Part shown: positions 59,213-64,000 of the stretch, piece by piece
Position numbering within the stretch: the stretch's first letter is position 1
Layout of the letters: each line of letters starts with the position of its first letter
From: a bacterium
GTDB taxonomy: Bacteria > UBA8248
Assembly: GCA_963692865.2 (NCBI GenBank)
Contig: OY843592.1
Coordinates: 3,040,001 to 3,104,000 of the forward strand
Direction: 5' to 3'
Length of the DNA stretch: 64,000 nt
Translations under genes and position numbers: made by a program
Notes under the pieces: generated by a model
Told to the model about the DNA's origin: nothing
The model's input: only the letters and a program-made list of their open reading frames with translations
Database searches by the model: none

Positions 59213-60424
59213 ATGCCGCTGACGGGTGTACGTGTATTAGACTTAAGCCGCCTGCTTCCCGGCGGACAATGCACATTGATGCTCGCCGATATGGGGGCTG
59301 ACGTCATCAAAGTAGAAGAACCGGTGCGCGGCGATTATATCCGCCTCGCGTCGCCTTTTGATGAACGTGGCGTTTCCCCCCTTCACCTTTGCTATAACCG
59401 CAATAAACGCTCCCTCGTATTAGACCTCAAAAATAAAAGAGGCGTGTCCACATTATTCAGGTTGGTGAAAGATGCAGACGTGCTTGTCGATAGCTTCAGG
59501 CCCGGTGTGATGGAGCGCCTCGGGATTGATTACCAAAAACTTAAAAAAGAGAACCCGGCCCTTGTCCATTGCGCCATCACCGGATATGGACAAGAAGGTC
59601 CGCTCGCGCGAACCCCGGGACACGACTTGAATTTCCAGTCCTTGGGCGGCGTCGTGGAACTCACCGGCGCCGCCGGGGGTTCTCCGTATGTGCCCGGGGT
59701 GCTTATCGGGGACGTGGGCGCCGGCATGTGGGCGGCCTTCGCCATACTCGCTGCCTTGCGCCTTGCCGAGCGAACAGGAGTCGGGCAATTTATCGACATT
59801 TCGATGCTCGAAACCGTAATGAGTTTCCTCTCCATCCATGGACAAACATATCTTTCTACAGACCAGTGCCCGGGGCGTGAAGAGATGCGGCACAATGGCC
59901 GAAGGCCATGTTATCGCCTCTACCCCACCAAGGACGGTCGGATGCTTTCCGTCGCGTGCTCGGAACCGAAATTTTGGGTGAATTTGTGTGAAATGATCGG
60001 GCATGATGATTTTTATGGTGACCATGGAGCCAGAGGCGAGCGGCGCAAAGAGGTAATTCGGGCACTCAATAACACTTTTCAAACCAAGACTCTCGATGAG
60101 TGGGTTGCGTTTTTTGATGGCGCGGATGTATGCGTGAGCCCTGCGCTTAACGTGAGCGAAAGTTTCGGGCACACACAGGTCAAATCAAATGGATTCGTAA
60201 GGGAATACCAACATCCCACTGAAGGAACTTATCCCGGCACGCGACCGGCACCCAAATTCTCGGACCTCCCGATAAGGGACTCCCTGCCTCCACCCCGATT
60301 GGGGGAACATTCCGTTGAAGTATTAAAGGAATACGGGTTTCAGGATGAAGAAATCGAGAGTTTGATGGCATCCGGCGCTTCCCACCGGGGCGCCGATCCT
60401 GTGGGTGAAACCATCAGTGAATAA
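59213..60424 (+). CDS. Family III CoA-transferase (CaiB/BaiF)
   Basis: PLTGVRVLDLSR, LADMGADVIKVE, NRNKRS, FRPGVMERLG, GHDLN, PPRLGEHS. Confidence 0.92.
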   Translation: MPLTGVRVLDLSRLLPGGQCTLMLADMGADVIKVEEPVRGDYIRLASPFDERGVSPLHLCYNRNKRSLVLDLKNKRGVSTLFRLVKDADVLVDSFRPGVMERLGIDYQKLKKENPALVHCAITGYGQEGPLARTPGHDLNFQSLGGVVELTGAAGGSPYVPGVLIGDVGAGMWAAFAILAALRLAERTGVGQFIDISMLETVMSFLSIHGQTYLSTDQCPGREEMRHNGRRPCYRLYPTKDGRMLSVACSEPKFWVNLCEMIGHDDFYGDHGARGERRKEVIRALNNTFQTKTLDEWVAFFDGADVCVSPALNVSESFGHTQVKSNGFVREYQHPTEGTYPGTRPAPKFSDLPIRDSLPPPRLGEHSVEVLKEYGFQDEEIESLMASGASHRGADPVGETISE

Positions 60425-60528
60425 AACCCTTTTAATCATACAATCCAAAAAGCGCAAAATGACCAAGAATTCATCCGGCAGGGTTATGGTAAAGCGGATT
60501 AAAATAGCTTCACGAGATGAATCAGTCG

Positions 60529-60993
60529 TTATTCGCCACTGCTGCGCTCTTCTAACTTTTCCAATTCCGCTTCGAAATCTTTGAGGGTCCTGAATGAACG
60601 ATATACCGATGCGAAACGCACATAGGCCACCTCATCCACCTCCCTCAGCTCTCCCATGAGTCTTTCTCCTATTGCTTTTGTCGATATCTCTTTCTCGCCA
60701 CTATCCAGAATATAGCGCTCCACGCGGTCGACAATCGCCTCTTGATCCTCAGCGGAAACAGGCCTTTTCTCCAGCGCCTTCTTGATTCCTATGCTGATTT
60801 TGTCGCGAAGATAATTCACGCGTGTGCCATCTTTTTTAACAATGAGTGGCCAGGAGACTTCCGCCCTCTCATAGGTGGTAAAACGGTGAGCACATTTCTC
60901 ACATTCGCGTCTTCTACGAATGGAATTGCCTTCCTTGGTCGTCCGGCTGTCGACCACTTTGCTCTCAGAATGACTACAAATCGGACATTTCAT
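60529..60993 (-). CDS. nrdR: Transcriptional repressor NrdR
   Basis: MKCPIC...KVVDSR...IRRRREC..C..RFTTYE; VAYVRFASVY. Confidence 0.97.
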   Translation of the reverse strand: MKCPICSHSESKVVDSRTTKEGNSIRRRRECEKCAHRFTTYERAEVSWPLIVKKDGTRVNYLRDKISIGIKKALEKRPVSAEDQEAIVDRVERYILDSGEKEISTKAIGERLMGELREVDEVAYVRFASVYRSFRTLKDFEAELEKLEERSSGE

Positions 60994-61017
60994 AGGAATC
61001 CGGCCCAGGCGGTAGAA

Positions 61018-61479
61018 TCATCCGGACGTTGGCTGAAGCGCATCTTCCATATCGGAAATCTTATCCAAACGTCGAGTATGACGCCCGCCTTCGAACTCTG
61101 TTTCCAACCAGATGGCCACAATTCTTTCCGCCTCCTCAGGACCCACCACCCGGCCACCCAGAGCCAAAACATTGGCGTCATTATGCAGACGACTCATCTT
61201 CGCCGCCCATTCATTGTGACAAGCAACGGCGCGAACACCCGGAAATTTATTCGCCACGATGACCATACCTCCGGCCGACCCACAACAAAGAATTCCCCTC
61301 TCGGACCTGCCTTCGCTCACCGAACGAGCGGCGGGCCCGGCATAATCCGGGTAATCACAAGATTCATTCGAGTTCGTCCCAAAATCATGATAGGGAATCG
61401 CTCTATCATCAAGCAGTTGTTTCACTGCCTCTTTGAGTTCATATCCTCCATGATCAGCTGCAAGAGCGATTTGATTCAT
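61018..61479 (-). CDS. rpiB: Ribose-5-phosphate isomerase B
   Basis: ADHGG, DYPD, CGS, ANKFPGVRA, HNDANVL, FEGGRH.RR. Confidence 0.95.
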   Translation of the reverse strand: MNQIALAADHGGYELKEAVKQLLDDRAIPYHDFGTNSNESCDYPDYAGPAARSVSEGRSERGILCCGSAGGMVIVANKFPGVRAVACHNEWAAKMSRLHNDANVLALGGRVVGPEEAERIVAIWLETEFEGGRHTRRLDKISDMEDALQPTSG

Positions 61480-61629
61480 CGGGATTCTCCGGGCGATGTG
61501 CGTTGGAGGGATGCAATCTTTCAAAACCTAGGTCGTAGCAAATCATAAGTCAAGCGATCACTCATTTACTCTGCCATCCAACACTGATCATCTTGCTCGC
61601 AAAAACACACCATTATGCGGCAGGAAGCA

Positions 61630-62907
61630 TCAATATGGCTTCAGTTCCGTTCCGGAAATTGATTTCCCCAAAAGAATCTTTGATGCTTCCTGTGCCGTTT
61701 TTTTGAATTCATTCTCAGCGGCCAACCTTTCTCCTTTTTCTTGCAAACATCGCGCCTCGATTAGATGCAGCGCCAGACGTACCCAAGAATCCTCACGTTC
61801 TACAGACACGGCCATGGCGGACGCCTGCTCCAAGCTTTGAGCCACTTTCTCGATTTGACCCGCCTCGAGCATCAGAGCTGCGTGCAACACGTGATGATGG
61901 ATATCCTTCTCCCTGCGCTTTCCCGCGGATTGGACATTTGCAGCGGCTCTCTTGATCGCGTTTTGTGACTCCAGAGGCCCAACTGCTAACGCCAACCTTT
62001 GCAGAAACGCCAAACCACCCAGAGCCTGATAGCCATTTTCCCAAGTCCGGAGAGCTCTCCGTTCACGACCTGCCGCTAACAGCGCATCACCCAATAACAG
62101 ATATGATTTTTTTTCTTCGGCCAGATGACGCTGAGCATGCTCCAAAAAAGGAATGGCCGCCTCCGGTTCAGAGTCGTTCAATTTCGCCTCTCCCGCAGCT
62201 AGATACACGCGGCCGGCGATTTGATTATCCGCTTGCCGATCAATATCAGACACCCCCGATTGTGAGAGTTTCTCGCAAATTTCGACGGCAGCTTCGATGC
62301 GGCCATTTTCCAAATACATATCCCTGAGTTTTCTCAACACCAAGGGGCTCGCGCCTCTTCCTCTACTGTTTTGGGCAAGCAACGCCAACGCTTCTTTCGC
62401 CCGACCTGAATGATCGAGGGTCTCCGACAAGCGAATAATGGAATCAGGTGAGTTGTTCGAAACAACACGAAGACGCTCGTTCCACTGAATGGCGTCATTG
62501 GGATTGCCGGAATCTCTCGCCAAATCAGCCGCCAGTCTCAAGGCGGGAATAAAGTAAGGATCATCCTTCAATGCGCGCCTGAGTTCCCTTCGGGCGCGCC
62601 TTTTTTTCCCTTGAATTCCAAGGTTTTGAGCCCTGGCAAATCGCTCTTGGGCACGATACAAACGTTTTTGTTTTTTTGAAGTTTTCTTGCGCGAAAACCA
62701 ACCAAGAGCGGCCTCACCCCACCCTAGGACAGATGCCAGAAACGAACCAATGAGAGCCGCTCCGAATACCACCAGAGCCATAGGAACTCGAACGGACCAA
62801 GCATTCGTAAGACGCAGGTCTATGATTTCTCGATTGTAATGAAGGAAATAGACGGCAGCCGCAATCGGAGCCGCCAGGATAAGAAGAGTCCGAATCTTCA
62901 TTCGCAA
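61630..62907 (-). CDS. LapA-like membrane domain fused to TPR region (LapB/HemY-like)
   Basis: Two N-terminal TM segments with an N...LRL...P.AL pattern, followed by TPRs. Confidence 0.6.
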   Translation of the reverse strand: MRMKIRTLLILAAPIAAAVYFLHYNREIIDLRLTNAWSVRVPMALVVFGAALIGSFLASVLGWGEAALGWFSRKKTSKKQKRLYRAQERFARAQNLGIQGKKRRARRELRRALKDDPYFIPALRLAADLARDSGNPNDAIQWNERLRVVSNNSPDSIIRLSETLDHSGRAKEALALLAQNSRGRGASPLVLRKLRDMYLENGRIEAAVEICEKLSQSGVSDIDRQADNQIAGRVYLAAGEAKLNDSEPEAAIPFLEHAQRHLAEEKKSYLLLGDALLAAGRERRALRTWENGYQALGGLAFLQRLALAVGPLESQNAIKRAAANVQSAGKRREKDIHHHVLHAALMLEAGQIEKVAQSLEQASAMAVSVEREDSWVRLALHLIEARCLQEKGERLAAENEFKKTAQEASKILLGKSISGTELKPY

Positions 62908-62922
62908 CTCACCGTCCGGTAT

Positions 62923-63300
62923 CTAATTATCGCCGCGCCTTTCAATTGCATTTTGAGCCGCCACTGTATAACGCGCATAGGGAATCGCTTCCAGGCGGGA
63001 ATAGGGAATCGGCTCCTCCGACTCCTCGCAAATACCATAAAGTCCTTCTTCTATCCTCTGAAATGCCGCTTCCACTTCCCGTAAACGCTCTCTCTCCCTT
63101 TCTCCCAAGTCCATTAAAACCTGACGAGAATATGTGTCGGCAGCCATGTCCGCAATATCTTGAGTCCCATCATCGCCAATTTCTTTGGTATGTATCTTAC
63201 TTTTCTCTACATCCCCAAGTATTTCACGGCGCACTTCATTCAATCTTTCTTCTAAATCTCTTAGCTGTTTTTTAGTCAAATGCTTCACTTTGAACCTCAA
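62923..63300 (-). CDS. dksA: DksA/TraR family protein
   Basis: DIADMA coiled-coil tip; RIEEG.YGIC...I...RL.AIP.AR. Confidence 0.85.
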   Translation of the reverse strand: MRFKVKHLTKKQLRDLEERLNEVRREILGDVEKSKIHTKEIGDDGTQDIADMAADTYSRQVLMDLGERERERLREVEAAFQRIEEGLYGICEESEEPIPYSRLEAIPYARYTVAAQNAIERRGDN

Positions 63301-63307
63301 CTTTCAT

Positions 63308-63673
63308 TCAGATAACCTCAGCACCGGGTACCATTGGCTTGATGATGGACGCATGGGACCATAAATCTTCGAGTCGGTAAAAATCTCGGCTCTTTTCGTT
63401 GAATATGTGGACAAGAAAATCACCACAATCCATCAACACCCAATTTCCTTCTTCCAAACCCTCCGTCAGTAATACAGTATCACCAATTTTCCTCAGCTTT
63501 TCCCTGGCCGCCTCGCAAAGCGCTTTCACATGCCGGAGACTCGTCCCGTGGCAAATCAAAAAAGCATCTACCTCTACCGATAGAGGTCGAAGGTCCAAAA
63601 GCACTACATTCATCGCTTTCTTCGCTTCCAATGACTCATGGAGAGCATGAAGTCGATTCTCTAGTTCCTTAAT
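63308..63673 (-). CDS. rsfS: Ribosome silencing factor (start ambiguous: ATT 63673 or TTG 63631)
   Basis: KKA.NVVLLDL, FLIC.G.S.RHV.A, EG....WVLMDCGD.LVHIF....R.FY.LEDLW; follows nadD. Confidence 0.9.
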   Translation of the reverse strand: MKELENRLHALHESLEAKKAMNVVLLDLRPLSVEVDAFLICHGTSLRHVKALCEAAREKLRKIGDTVLLTEGLEEGNWVLMDCGDFLVHIFNEKSRDFYRLEDLWSHASIIKPMVPGAEVI

Positions 63674-63695
63674 GGGTCTCCATCCTCCTCAATCT

Positions 63696-64000
63696 TTAGC
63701 AAACAATTCCCGAATACCCATATAATCGGCGGCGAATTATAAAGAGTTCGACCTCGCGTGGCAATAAATGCCCTATGGAGGAAGACTCTTTTATGCGCTG
63801 CCTAATCCGGGTTGATGAAATGTCAACTTCAGTGATCGGAATAAATTTTATGACCCGTTTTTTGTCCATAAATTTAACTTCTTTTAATGACTCGTCTATG
63901 CAATAACCTGGTTCAATTGCTTGAATCACTCTGAGAAGTGTTTCGACATAATCTCGGGTATTTTGATTTCCCCGCAAAGTAACAGCAAAATTGATAGCGC
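63696..64000 (-). CDS. nadD: Nicotinate-nucleotide adenylyltransferase, C-terminal part
   Basis: DISSTRIRQRI...LLP.EV..FI....LY; nadD-rsfS synteny. Confidence 0.85.
   Translation of the reverse strand, partial: AINFAVTLRGNQNTRDYVETLLRVIQAIEPGYCIDESLKEVKFMDKKRVIKFIPITEVDISSTRIRQRIKESSSIGHLLPREVELFIIRRRLYGYSGIVC

Overview
Bacterial chromosomal window from a diderm organism with deltaproteobacteria/Nitrospinota-like gene order (taxon inferred, not established). It is mostly housekeeping and envelope genes: prs, ispE, a PlsC-family acyltransferase, PMM/PGM, manC, uppP, livKHMGF, efp, aroQ, aroB, pilM, dusB, tsaD, ctpA, tkt, eno, nrdR, rpiB, dksA, rsfS and nadD. Three features stand out. (1) A co-oriented accessory locus at 45.0-50.8 kb encodes an exported protein with a nearly Glu-free poly-Asp/Asn tract and duplicated TbpB-like barrels, then a vitamin-K-dependent carboxylase (GGCX/HTTM) homologue, a DCC1-like CxxC oxidoreductase and a membrane-anchored LuxR-type regulator; this is a candidate bacterial protein Asp-carboxylation system. 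(2) A 2224-aa FN3-repeat autotransporter has a strong-RBS start separated from its signal peptide by a (AGTCTCC)15 tract that currently puts it out of frame, a candidate phase-variation switch. (3) The intergenic spaces from 9.9 to 45 kb hold dense, nested REP-like palindromes and IS-end-like MITEs, with no transposase in the window; they include a flipped cassette and a 555-bp tandem duplication. GC falls from roughly 65% to roughly 50% (spot counts by eye) beyond about 53 kb, and no such repeats were seen after 45 kb. No CRISPR array, rRNA or tRNA was seen. All calls come from motif recognition by eye; no database search was run.
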